Notes: generated by a model from the letters alone, not told the origin. A stretch of DNA of 64,000 nucleotides from an uncultured delta proteobacterium (GCA_963843145.1 CAWJJC010000028.1:128001-192000); one strand, 5' to 3'; shown: positions 9,712 to 19,809, counted from the first letter of the stretch. Numbers and translations: made by a program.

Positions 9712-9843
9712 TTTCGTAGGGGCGGCGACCCCGCCGCCCACCCCGGGGCCGGATTTGACCACCACCGCCGTAGCCTTGCCGGGGATGTGGAGTGCACCGT
9801 ATTCCTCACCCAGCCGGCAGGCGGGGTCGCCTGCCCTACGAAA
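9712..9843. repeat. GTAG-type REP doublet (REPIN-like)
   Basis: TTTCGTAGGGGCGGCGACCCCGCC ... GGCGGGGTCGCCTGCCCTACGAAA inverted arms; half copy near 11575-11600. Confidence 0.7.
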
Positions 9844-9859
9844 AACGAAGACTTGGAAC

Positions 9860-9896
9860 ATTTTCGTGCTTCGCGTGACAGGGGAGTTAAATAAAT
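9860..9896 (+). repeat. Degenerate copy of the ATTTTCATGCTTCG palindromic site
   Basis: ATTTTCGTGCTTCGCGTGACAGGGGAGTTAAATAAAT. Confidence 0.55.
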
Positions 9897-9932
9897 GGGG
9901 CTAACTGGGAAAAGTGAATTTGTCGATGAAAG

Positions 9933-10217
9933 CTATCTTCGTATAATATATGTCCGTTCGGGATAATATGGGTTACTTTCAATTACGGATTTTTCTCTCT
10001 GCAAAGACCGAATAACCCCTTGATGTGCCCTGGTATTAGGCGTATTGCGTAAAGATCTGGCATTTTCTTCTGCCAAACGGTAATGGGCTATCTCCGCTTC
10101 TTCCTGCGCCCGCTGAAGTTCGTTTGAAGTCCTGTTTGATTTTTCAATATTTACGGCGCCTTGGAAGTTGTTCTGGACGGGGACGTTTGAAAAAGAAACG
10201 TTGCCATTTTTATCCAC
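9933..10217 (-). pseudogene. N-truncated DUF4124-like protein, paralog of 12286-12822
   Basis: DKNGNVSFSN and ELQRAQEEAEI..ARSLRNTP shared with the 12286 ORF; no signal peptide. Confidence 0.6.
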
Positions 10218-10301
10218 AGATTTATAGTTAGTAAATTTATCAAAAAAAGAAGTGATTATTCTCTTGACAGCCGGGCGGGAAAGCTTGAAAATATACCCTC
10301 A

Positions 10302-10736
10302 ATGAAGCGGGTTATATTCTTTTTGGCGGTCGGACTGAGCTTGGTTTTTCCTTTCGGAGGGCCGGTGGGGCAGGGTTATTCTTCGTCCGGTCCTTCGATT
10401 TCCATTTCGCCGGATGATTATGATGCCGGGGATTTGTCCAGAGCCCCTTCCACAGTCTACAAGGTGTTCCAGGTATTTAATACGGGAGATTCTCCGCTTT
10501 CCATTACCAAAATCAAATACACCTGAAGCATGAAGGTGGTGCGGTTCGATCCGCAGATCCAGCCCGGCGGGCAGGGAGAAATCGTCATAGGATTGGAAAC
10601 GGAGAAACTGGACGGCAAGTTCGATCGATATTTCAAAGTCCTCAGCAACGACCCCCGACGTCCTGAAATCCTCATCAAAGTGTATGGCTTCTCCTCCCCC
10701 TTCCGGTCTTCCCTGGCCCCGCCTTGTAATCTTTGA
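10302..10736 (+). CDS. DUF1573-like exported Ig-fold protein with in-frame UGA at 10524-10526 (candidate selenoprotein)
   Basis: Two ORF-track pieces lie in the same frame: YDAGDL..FQVFNTGDSPLSITKIKYT*SMKVVRFDPQIQPGGQGEI..VLSNDP. Confidence 0.7.
10540..10555 (+). promoter_or_regulatory. Candidate bacterial SECIS hairpin
   Basis: TGCGG-TTCGAT-CCGCA starting 13 nt after the UGA. Confidence 0.5.
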
Positions 10737-11346
10737 TTGTGACGGGGTATTATTCGATTCTCGGGAAGCCAACCGGGCGTTTTATAATCTCCTCTTGACC
10801 CGTTTCGGGAACCCCCCCTTATCGGAAGAAGCCTTAGATTACGTGCATATGCACACGGTGTTTGAAGCCGTCGATTTCCTTTTCCCGGCAGAAGGGGAAC
10901 GTTTGGCCGCCCATGCCTATCGACAGGATCTCGACCCGGAACCCTTCATTCGGCTCATGGTAGAAGAACCGGGGGTTAAGGAGTTCCTGACCTTTTTAAG
11001 GCCGGCGGTCAAGACCGCCATTTCCACTAACCGCACCACCACCATCAGGCAGGTCCTTTCCTTCCATGGGCTGAGCGAATGTTTCGACCTGGTGATCAGC
11101 GCCCTGGATGTATCCTGTCCTAAACCCCACCCGGAATCGCTGATTAAAATCCTTGACACCTTTCAAGTCCGGTCCGACGAGGCCGTCTATATTGGAGATT
11201 CGGTGGTCGATGCCGAGGCCGCGCAAAGGGCCGGAATTCCCTTGGTTGCCTATAAGAATCCTTGCCTGAAAGCGGACCTGCATGTGGCATCGTTCCGGGT
11301 TTTGAAGGAATGGATGGAAGAGCGGGGAGGCTGTTCCCGCGGTTAG
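10684..11346 (+). CDS. HAD family hydrolase (phosphoglycolate phosphatase-like)
   Basis: FDCDGVLFDS, KPHPE, YIGDSVVD motifs. Confidence 0.9.
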   Translation: MASPPPSGLPWPRLVIFDCDGVLFDSREANRAFYNLLLTRFGNPPLSEEALDYVHMHTVFEAVDFLFPAEGERLAAHAYRQDLDPEPFIRLMVEEPGVKEFLTFLRPAVKTAISTNRTTTIRQVLSFHGLSECFDLVISALDVSCPKPHPESLIKILDTFQVRSDEAVYIGDSVVDAEAAQRAGIPLVAYKNPCLKADLHVASFRVLKEWMEERGGCSRG

Positions 11347-13064
11347 TATGTAAATAAGCCTCTATGACCTGCAAAAAGGCAATAATCAATAGATAATTGA
11401 CGATAGATAATTGACAATTGATTATTGATTATTGATATCCTGCGGTTAGGGAGTTGTCTCGCCCCTTTATTTTCATGCTTCGTGGGTGCCCCGCCGCCCA
11501 AACCAAGGCCGGAGAGGATCCCCGGCACCTTAGCCTAACCTTAGGATGTGAAGGGAACCATATCCCTCTCCCCGCCGGCCGGCGACCCCGCCGGCCCTAC
11601 TTTTAACTACGGTTATCCCCCACACCCCCACCCTCTCCCTCGTGGGGGAGAGGGAGCCAGAGGAAACAGCCCAAGCCTTTGAACTTCCCCTCCCCTGGCG
11701 GGAGGGGACTTCGGCGTGAGCCCTTCGGCAGTGAGCTCAGGGTCGAACTGCTCAGTCGAACGATAGAGGGGTGGGGGAACTACGATTTTTATGCTTCGTG
11801 GGTGCCCCGCCGCGGGGCATGGCGGTTTAGTACGAAAATAGAATCGAACACCGCTTTTTATGACTTTCCCCTAGGTAGTCATACCGGACTTGATCCGGTA
11901 TCCAGTACCTCCGGTGCTTATCCAAGGCTGGATTCCGGATCGCGCTTCGCTTGTCCGGAATGACAAATCTTGGTCAATCCTTATTTTCAAGCTTCGGGGT
12001 GCCCGCCCCAGGCATGGGGGTTTAGTATGTAAATGCAAAGTGCAAAATTAAAGATGTCTGATGTAGCACAGACGCCCTCGTCTGTGTCCCTATTCGTTTG
12101 AGGACCCACCAACAGGAAATAGGGAGCAACAAAAGCAAAGATAAAAATCCTCTCGAGTTAGGGAGGATTTTTTATTTGTGCGCCCGGCAGGGTCATACGG
12201 ATCCCAGTGCTGGCATCCTTCTTGTATTTTCTAATCCCCAGGGTTATTCAAAAATCTTAAGGATGAGTGAAGACGAGGAGGAAAAATGAAACCGGGAATG
12301 GCTTGTTGCTGTCTTTTAGGTGTCTTATCTTGCTGGACACAGGGTTATCCGGAAACGATTCACCGATATACCGATAAAAACGGGGTGCTCTGTTTTTCCA
12401 ATTCCCTGACAGAGGGGAATTTTCCAAACCGGGGCCTATCAGAAAATCAAAAACCTGCTTCGGCTGAGCTGCAACGGGCGCGTGAACAAGCCGAAATCGA
12501 GTACTGGCGGGCGGTCGAGGCCAAGGCCCGCTCTTTGAGGAATACCCCTGACACCGAAGTTCACAGGAAAGGAAGACCTTCTTCACAGCTAGAGGACTTT
12601 AGTTTGCGGAAGGGCCCGTCCGGGAAAAAAACTCACAGACGGAAGACGGGGAAAATGCGTGGCTCCGTTTCTAATGACCGAAAACCTGTTCCTGATTCGG
12701 CTGAATCAAAGAAAGTTCGATCGAGGAAAACAAAGTTGCAGGCCTGGAAGAACGCACCGGAATGGGAATTTCAGAGTATGAATAGAAGCTATTTCCCGAG
12801 GAGGAACGCGGCTCTAAAGTAACCCGCTTCGGGGCACCCTCTGTGGCATGAGGGTTTAATACGTAAATAAAGTTGGACACCGCTTTTGAGGTTTTGGTTT
12901 TTGCTGTCATCCCGGACTCGATCCAGGATCCAGGCAACCCAAGACCTTCACTGCCCTGGATTCCGGCGTTCGCCGGAATGACGACCTAACCAAATGAATA
13001 AAAATTGATCTTCATGCTTCGCAGGTACCCGCTCCGGGCATAACGGGCGCAGGTTACGGTAAAT
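11341..13064 (+). repeat. Tandem array of palindromic sites separating variable cargo
   Basis: Sites or half-sites at 11341-11355, 11469-11496, 11785-11839, 11983-12034, 12826-12868, 13008-13064, all in the same orientation. Confidence 0.8.
12286..12822 (+). CDS. DUF4124-like exported protein with basic low-complexity tail
   Basis: Signal-like N-terminus followed by IHRYTDKNGVLCFSN; GAGGAGG RBS. Confidence 0.7.
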   Translation: MKPGMACCCLLGVLSCWTQGYPETIHRYTDKNGVLCFSNSLTEGNFPNRGLSENQKPASAELQRAREQAEIEYWRAVEAKARSLRNTPDTEVHRKGRPSSQLEDFSLRKGPSGKKTHRRKTGKMRGSVSNDRKPVPDSAESKKVRSRKTKLQAWKNAPEWEFQSMNRSYFPRRNAALK

Positions 13065-13074
13065 CGGGTTTGGA

Positions 13075-14221
13075 CTAAAAGGGATAGGACCGATTATCCG
13101 GATCGACTACCATTTTTATGGAAACATCCGGGTCTTTTTGGGGTTCGGAAACTACCTTAACCACGAGATAGGTCGTAGACCCCGGGGTCAGCTTGAAAGG
13201 GTAGGAGACCGCCTTTTTATTGAGGGTGTTGACCGGGAAAACGCTAAAGGCCAGTTGATGATTCCCCCCCTTGACCTCGGCATCAAACCAGATCTGATCG
13301 GCTCCGAACCCGCTCAATATATTATAATAGTAATCTCTAAAAGTGGCGATCTGCCTATCTTCAAAGATATACAGCTCCTGTTTGTCCAGCCAACCGGTCA
13401 AATCCTGGGGGTCACCCAGATTTAATTGCCTGAGGGTACTCGCCTGCTCTTTTTCATTGGAGGGCCGGGTGGCCTCCAAGGTCCCCAAATAGCGGCGTTC
13501 CTGTTCTCGAGGTTTTTCTAAAAGATAATTGGACAGAATAATGAGGCGGCCATAGCCGGGATTTATGGCCAACCTTTTCTCGATTTTAGGTTTGGCCAAG
13601 GCCTGTTTTATTTCTTCATCGGTCAACTTGGAACTCAAAAAGGAAAGCTGGGGGAAAGGCAGGCTTTCCGCTTCTATTTCAACCGGACTCAATGGTTGAT
13701 AAAATGGGATAAGCGTGACGTTGACCTGGAGTTGATTTTCATCGGTCTTCCGGATTTCACCGGCCACGATAAGATGGATCGGTTTTTTAAAGAGCTACCG
13801 GCACCAACTCTTGCAGTCGGCTGATCAGATAAGGCCTCATCTCACGATTTACTTGAAAAAAGTGCCCCAGGGAAAGGCGTATTTGCTCCCTCCCGTAAAT
13901 ATAGAACTGATTTTCCCGGTCCAAGGCGATCCGTAAATATGCGGACAGTTCATTCCCCACGGCGATTTCCTGCCCGGTTGGATCATGGAAATCCAGAATC
14001 ACCGTCCGGATCAGCGGCCTGGTATCATAATTATAAACCAAGTCCGCGGATTTTTCGGCCACCTGCCTCAAGATTTCCTGATAGAAAGGTTCCAGGTTCT
14101 TAAAAGCGGGTGAAGCGAAGGTGCCGGCCGATGAATCAGAGGCGAAGCCCGTTTTGAATCCGGCAGCGGTCACGGAAATTCCGATTGCGAGAATAAGTAG
14201 ATATTTAATAAAATTTTGCAT
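13075..14221 (-). CDS. Exported hypothetical protein (FlgO/CsgG-like N-terminal region), frameshifted near 13790
   Basis: ORFs 13787-14221 and 13075-13767 join through ..LFKKPIHLIVAGEIRK in a shifted frame; signal peptide. Confidence 0.55.
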
Positions 14222-14256
14222 GAAAGGTCTCCGTGAAAATTAAAACCGAGTGGCCT

Positions 14257-14667
14257 TTACCGGGGATTAACCACCCGAACCAAATCCCCGACGGATATTT
14301 CCTTGGTACTGGAATCAATAATGCAAACGACTTTTCTTTTCGTCAATCTTTTCAATAATTATCCCCAGTCCGATTTTTCTGAATAATGCCTCGTTGTCCT
14401 TATTTCATTTCCCATGTCTAAGGGGTTGATAAATTTCGATTTGATCCCAGGGTTGAGCCCCATAGGCTTTTTTCAAATCGATAACGATCTTGTCATTGGA
14501 AGAGAGTAAGAGTTTTCCCGGGTTCAAAGGTTCCCGCTAATAATTCCGGACATGGAGGAAGCGGGCAATACTTCCTTTTTACTGTTTTCGGCTTGGCCCG
14601 TACAGGTAAAGATTAAACTAAATAAAAGCGGATAAAGAATATGAATCCAATGCCTATACCTGCTCAT
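14257..14667 (-). pseudogene. Small exported protein with several frameshifts (FlgT C-terminal-like beta domain)
   Basis: Manual reading: MSRYRHWIHILYPLLFSLIFTCTGQAE.. GDQIEIYQP.. KIGLGIIIEKIDE.. VCIIDSSTKEISVGDLVRVVNPR*. Confidence 0.5.
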
Positions 14668-14685
14668 ATTTTCCCCTTTAAAAAA

Positions 14686-16642
14686 TTAACTTTCGGAAGC
14701 AAATTTTTCCTGCAGCGGCAAAATGATTTTGGGGGTAATGAATAACAATAATTCCCCATCATCCGTGCTCTTTTCCTTGGTTTTAAACAGCCAACCCAAC
14801 ACGGGGATATCTTTCAATCCGGGGACCCCTTGCTCAGTGTTTTTTCCGTACGGCTCTTAACTCCCCCGATTACCAGCGTTTCACCATCATTAATCGCCAA
14901 TTCCAGTTCGGCTTCCTGGGTGTTTATAGCAAGGTTTCCGATGACTATCTTGATTTTATCATCTGGTCAGGTCGTTATTAAGTTTCACATTCATGGTGAT
15001 TTTTTTGCCGTTTCTGGCGATATGGGGGGTAACCTCCAATCTTAGATTGGCATCGACATACACTGTGGTAAAAGCGTTATTTTGGTCGCGTGTAGTTACC
15101 GGTAGTTTAAGCCTTGTTTAATCGTCGCCTTTTTATTGTCCAGGGTTAAAATTTTGGGGGAGGATATAATTTTAACATCGCCCTGCTGTTCGAAGGCCCG
15201 CAAGCGAACATCGATATTGAGATTGGCGGAGGCAATCGTCAAACCGATCCCCGCCATTCCTGTAAAAGGGTTAAGTGAGGACCCGGATCCTATCGGAAGA
15301 TTTACGGCGTTATTCCCGGTATCGGAACTGAATCCTCTCAGCGTTCCCGCCAGGGGACCATAGGGGTTTGAATAACTGGTGCCGCCCCCCCATTGCAGTC
15401 CAAAATCACGGGCAAAACTGGAACTGGCTTCAACAATCCTCGCTTCGATCATCACCTGCGGGGTAGGCTGGTCGTTGGCTTTGATTAATTTTTCTATTTG
15501 ATCGATATCTATTCTGTTCGAGCGGATAAAAATGGAGTTGGTTTGTTTCAGGGCCGCACAGATGCCTTTTCCCAATTTAGTCGCACCAGTGGTTGCTGGA
15601 CCGGCGGCTTCGTTTTTACCCGGACTGTCCGGTTCTTTCCCCCCGCCCCAGATCGCATCGATTATCTTTTTCATTTCCTCCGCTGCAATATAATTCAGCT
15701 TTATAGTTTTGGTCAGCAGGGGAAGCCGGCCCTCCTGGACTTTCTGGAGCGCGTCTTCGGTTTTTAACAATTCCTGTTCGGTTTTTAACTAGGTCCTGCT
15801 GTTCCTTGACCACGCTCTGGCTTTCTTTCCGCCGGATGGTTTCGACCTCTACATAATCCTTCACGAGTGGAGATCCGAATGTTTTTCCCGTCGGTTATTT
15901 TTATCAGCCGGTTGGAATTCAAGATCATGTCTAAAGCCTGATCCCAGGGGATGCCTTTTAGACTGACGGTCACTTTTCCCTTTACTTCTTCACCGACGAT
16001 GATATTGACGTGTCCCACTTCCCCCAGCAGGCGGAGGACGTTGTGCAGGTCGGCGTTGTAGAAATCAAAGGTGACCCGCGGGGTAAGGACGGGCGCCGGG
16101 GGTTGCAGGGATTTTTCCTGTTCCTGTTTGAAGTCGTTTAAGTTGAGCACTTCTTTGGGCGGAGAGGAAGGATTGTTAGAACCCACCAGCGGAGCGGTTT
16201 TCTTTTTGGAAGCCGTCGCCAGATCCACTTGCCAGATCAAGGAGGAGTCCTTGGAGGGATACACTTTAAACGAAGGCCTTTCGGACACGATCAATACGAT
16301 CCGGGTGGTAGAGGCATTGAATTGGGAGACGCGTAAATCCGAAACCAGGGGGTCATCCGAAATGGTCGGCGCCTTTTTAAGACCCAGGCGGCAGGGAGAT
16401 AAATACAGCACCAACCTTTGGGGTTCTTCCGGAATAAAGACGGTCCGGATTTTAATCGGTTTGGTGACCTTTAATTGCAGTCGTAATAGATCGGGGGTTC
16501 GGTTGGACTGAATATTCACTAAGTTGGCCTGGGGTTTATTCGCCCCCTTGGCCCAGGAAGAAGGGCTGAAAGACCCCAGGGTCATCAGGATTAAACCCAT
16601 CCAGACCAGTATCCCGGTTTTCGATCTTAATTTAGGTGTCAT
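14686..16642 (-). pseudogene. pilQ: Type IV pilus secretin, about five frameshifts (error or decay)
   Basis: AMIN-like N-terminus, [63 protein letters not shown] spread over several frames. Confidence 0.9.
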
Positions 16643-16708
16643 TGGCTCCTCACCGAATGATTGGAGTTCCGTTCAAATGAAAATAGGTTAGCAACTTAAT
16701 GTAAGCAC

Positions 16709-17224
16709 CTAAGGGGCCAGGGGCATTTTTAAAGGTACGGTTCGGAGCTTTTCCCGGCCCAAATAGTCTTTAATTGTTTCTTTTATCAGAATTTCCCGAT
16801 TCGCAATAGCCACCACCCGCCCCTGGTTTTTGCCGATGGGAGTCCCCACCTTGATAAGGTACCCTTTTCCAAAGGGATCCTGGACCATAGCCTTTTTTTC
16901 ACCTGGACCGATGACAGTTGAAACCAACTGAAATTCACTTACTTCAAACTTTTGCAGCGGAAGTTGTTGTTTGGCCTGTTGGGGCTGCTCCAGCACCGGT
17001 GGCTGAAAAGGGTCCGGCTTTCCGCTGGGGTCGTAGTACGGTTCAGTTTTGGGCGGCAAAGTCGAGGGACCGGCCGACGGCGGCAGGGCCATTTGAGGGG
17101 TTAAGGTTTTTCCCAAGGTCAGGGGTGTTAGCTTTTGAGCGATCGGCCCTTCCCCGGACGAACCGCACCCGTAAGCGGCCAGGATACAAACACCTATCCA
17201 AAAATATTTGAATTTTTGGATCAT
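16709..17224 (-). CDS. pilP: Type IV pilus lipoprotein PilP
   Basis: Lipobox AAYGC, GKPDPFQP, PLQKFEV, GYLIKVGTPIG. Confidence 0.88.
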   Translation of the reverse strand: MIQKFKYFWIGVCILAAYGCGSSGEGPIAQKLTPLTLGKTLTPQMALPPSAGPSTLPPKTEPYYDPSGKPDPFQPPVLEQPQQAKQQLPLQKFEVSEFQLVSTVIGPGEKKAMVQDPFGKGYLIKVGTPIGKNQGRVVAIANREILIKETIKDYLGREKLRTVPLKMPLAP

Positions 17225-17875
17225 TTTACTTTGCTCTCCGGGGGAACGGGTTTGGTCCCCGAGGCCGAGGGGCTTTGGGGAGGCTGTCCCGGTGTCGGTA
17301 CCGGGGTTGACAAAAGCTTATAGGTTACCAACTGACAGCGGGCGGTTATCTGGCCTGATTTTTCGTCATAGGCCCCCATTTCCAGGTTATGGACATTAAT
17401 CAAGCGGGGAAGACGACGGATCTGATCAAAAAAAATACCCATCTGGTGGTAATGGCCCCTCAGTTGAACGCTAACAGGGACTTCGGTAATAAAATCGCGG
17501 GCGATTTCCGGTTCCGGCTTAAAAAGTAAAAATTCCAAGCCGTTCTGTTGACCGACAGAGGAAACGGATTTTAAGAGTTCCGGAATTTCCTTGTCTGCGG
17601 GAAGTACCGCGGTCACTTCTTTGAGTTGAAGATCGATCTGGACCAGATCGTTCTGAAATTGTTTGATTTGAGCCAACGTTTTTTGTATTTGGGCCAACCG
17701 TTCCCGACCCCGAAGGACATCTTCCTGAAGCTCCACCCGTTTATCCCATTTCGGCTTAAGAATGAAGAGACTCAGGGCCAGGGCCAACAAAACCAGGCCG
17801 ACAAGCCCCGGCGGCTATTTTTTTGGCCGGACTGAGCATGATCCATTGATCGACCAGCGGGGTGTAAAAGGCCAT
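17221..17875 (-). CDS. pilO: Type IV pilus protein PilO, one frameshift near 17806-17824
   Basis: LPADKEIPELL, GHYHQMGIFF..LPRLINV; ATG at 17875 is one base out of frame with the main ORF. Confidence 0.85.
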
Positions 17876-17879
17876 GGCT

Positions 17880-18488
17880 TTATTTTTTCTCCACCGGCGC
17901 CGGAGGCCTCACCGCACCTTTTTTGAGGGCGGTGATCGTGAACTGGTTGATTTTGATCTCCCAGTTGGGGGGAGGCTGCCCCTTGGTCGCTGTCGGGTAG
18001 GTTACCTGGCTGGATTGGATTAAATCGACCCGCGAAATGGGTTCCAGGGTATCCAATCGTTTCATGTAATCGGCCAGGACTTGATTGCTTAAGCTCATCC
18101 CGTCCAAGCGGATCTCCGAGTCCGTTTCCTTTAAGGCGGTGAGCCAAAGCTGATTAACCGGCAGGGCCACGGCCAGTTGCTCCAATAATCGCACCGGGCC
18201 GTGTCTTTCTTTTTCCAGTCGGGTCAGCAGGGCCAGACGGTTCTGGGCCAATTCCTTCTTGTCTTTCAAGACCTTGATTTCCCGTTGCAGGGTCGAAAAA
18301 CCCTGGGCCTGTTTTTCCAGGCTTAAGCGCTCTGTCTCCAAACGATGAATCTGCGCGCCTAATATCCAGTACCCGATGATGACGAAAGCCAGGATCGCTC
18401 CCAGGGAGAGTATGAAAATATTCCGGATCAACGAGGACTTATCAGTTCCCCGCGGTTCCTCCCTGGATAACAGATTGATCCGGATCAT
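17880..18488 (-). CDS. pilN: Type IV pilus protein PilN
   Basis: MIRINLL N-terminus, TM helix, coiled coil, LWLTAL. Confidence 0.92.
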   Translation of the reverse strand: MIRINLLSREEPRGTDKSSLIRNIFILSLGAILAFVIIGYWILGAQIHRLETERLSLEKQAQGFSTLQREIKVLKDKKELAQNRLALLTRLEKERHGPVRLLEQLAVALPVNQLWLTALKETDSEIRLDGMSLSNQVLADYMKRLDTLEPISRVDLIQSSQVTYPTATKGQPPPNWEIKINQFTITALKKGAVRPPAPVEKK

Positions 18489-19540
18489 CGATCACTTCTC
18501 CGGCGTAAGGCCAACCCCAGAGCGGTCACTGCCTGGGGGGCCACCCGGTTGAGTGACTCTCGATCAAAGGCGTCGGGATTCACTTTAACTCGGGTAAAGG
18601 GGTTGAACAGTTCCACCGGAAGCTTCAATTCCTGGGAAAAGAACGGGGCCAGTCCAGGGATCAAGGCTGATCCCCCGGAAAGAACGACCTTGGTCGGGCG
18701 GCTTTCGGGATCGGAGGCGGCCAGGAAATCAAAGGCCCTTTTAATTTCCTCAGCCCAGGAGGCGAGGGTATTCAAAACGGCCGGACCGATGGATTCCAGT
18801 GACCGGACGGCGGGGTCCCATTTTAACTTGGCCTCTTCGGCCTCATTAAAGGATAGCTTGCCCTGGGTTTGAATCTGTTCGGTTATCTGCCGGCCGCCCA
18901 AAGGAAGATCCCGGATGAAAAGGGGGCCTGAAGAATTAAACACATTAACGGTGATGAGGTCCGATCCCAGATCCAGAACGGCAATCGGGTTCCCGCTCAG
19001 GGGGTAATTGACTTCGTAGGCATTTTGGAGGGAAAAGGCGGTCACATCGGCAATCTTGACCTCTAATCCAGCCGTCTGAAGTATCTGCTGATAGGTCTCT
19101 AAAATATCTTTTTTGCCGGCTACCAATAAAACGGCCATGGTATCCGGTTCATCTTTTAACGGCCCAAGTATTTGGAAGTCCAGATTTACTTCTCGGACAT
19201 CAAAAGGGATATGTTGTTCGGCTTCCAGATGGATAGTCTCGGCCAACTCCTTTTCGGTCAACAAGGGCAGGGTGATTTTTTTGATTATGACCGAATAACC
19301 GGAAATGGCAAAGGCCGCCTCCTTGGTCGAGATTTCTAAGTGCTCCAATAAGGTGGCTAAGCTTCTGGCAATGACCTGGTGATCTTTTATGCTGCCGTCT
19401 TGAATGGAGTGGGGAGGGAGGTCGGTCTGTCCGTAATGTTCGAGGGCAATCCCAGCGGACGATTGATCAACTTGGCAAACCTTAATGGCTTGTGAACCTA
19501 TATCGACCCCGATGAGTTTAGTGGGTTTGGAAAAGCGCAT
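18485..19540 (-). CDS. pilM: Type IV pilus actin-like protein PilM
   Basis: IGVDIGSQAIK, SVIIKKITLP, LSGGSALIPGL, ALGLALR. Confidence 0.93.
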   Translation of the reverse strand: MRFSKPTKLIGVDIGSQAIKVCQVDQSSAGIALEHYGQTDLPPHSIQDGSIKDHQVIARSLATLLEHLEISTKEAAFAISGYSVIIKKITLPLLTEKELAETIHLEAEQHIPFDVREVNLDFQILGPLKDEPDTMAVLLVAGKKDILETYQQILQTAGLEVKIADVTAFSLQNAYEVNYPLSGNPIAVLDLGSDLITVNVFNSSGPLFIRDLPLGGRQITEQIQTQGKLSFNEAEEAKLKWDPAVRSLESIGPAVLNTLASWAEEIKRAFDFLAASDPESRPTKVVLSGGSALIPGLAPFFSQELKLPVELFNPFTRVKVNPDAFDRESLNRVAPQAVTALGLALRRRSDR

Positions 19541-19612
19541 CAATTTGGTTCAGCGTCTCTTTGGAAACTCGTTTATCCTCAACCTAAAATATAAACATAT
19601 CGTTGGAATTAG

Positions 19613-19628
19613 AGCAATTCACGTGCCA
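19613..19628 (-). promoter_or_regulatory. Sigma54 (-24/-12) promoter of pilMNOPQ
   Basis: Minus strand TGGCAC-GTGAA-TTGCT matches the TGGCAC-N5-TTGCW consensus, about 70 nt upstream of pilM. Confidence 0.75.
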
Positions 19629-19809
19629 AAACAGGAAAAATAAAAATACTAAATAATTTCAAATAATTAAATAAAAAAAACGCCCGGAGCCATCTCGTAC
19701 TGTCTTGTTTTCGTGACAAAAAAGGAAATTAGGGTCAAGGGTTTGACATCAGGAAACAAAAAGCTGAAAGGCATCCCCTCGCGTCCTTTAAGGATTGAAA
19801 CCAAATCTT

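Noticed and set aside
9646-9904. Short ORFs at 9646-9904, 11343-11528, 11679-11963 and 12671-12937
   Set aside because: They translate REP/hairpin DNA and have no protein motifs.
11785-12034. Canonical integron attC sites or Xer/dif sites
   Set aside because: No RYYYAAC..GTTRRRY ends and no integrase; arms are ~30 bp apart rather than the 6 bp of dif. Kept only as an analogy.
11341-13064. CRISPR array
   Set aside because: Repeats are >50 bp and degenerate, spacers are ~110-790 bp and are themselves repeats, and no cas genes are in the window.
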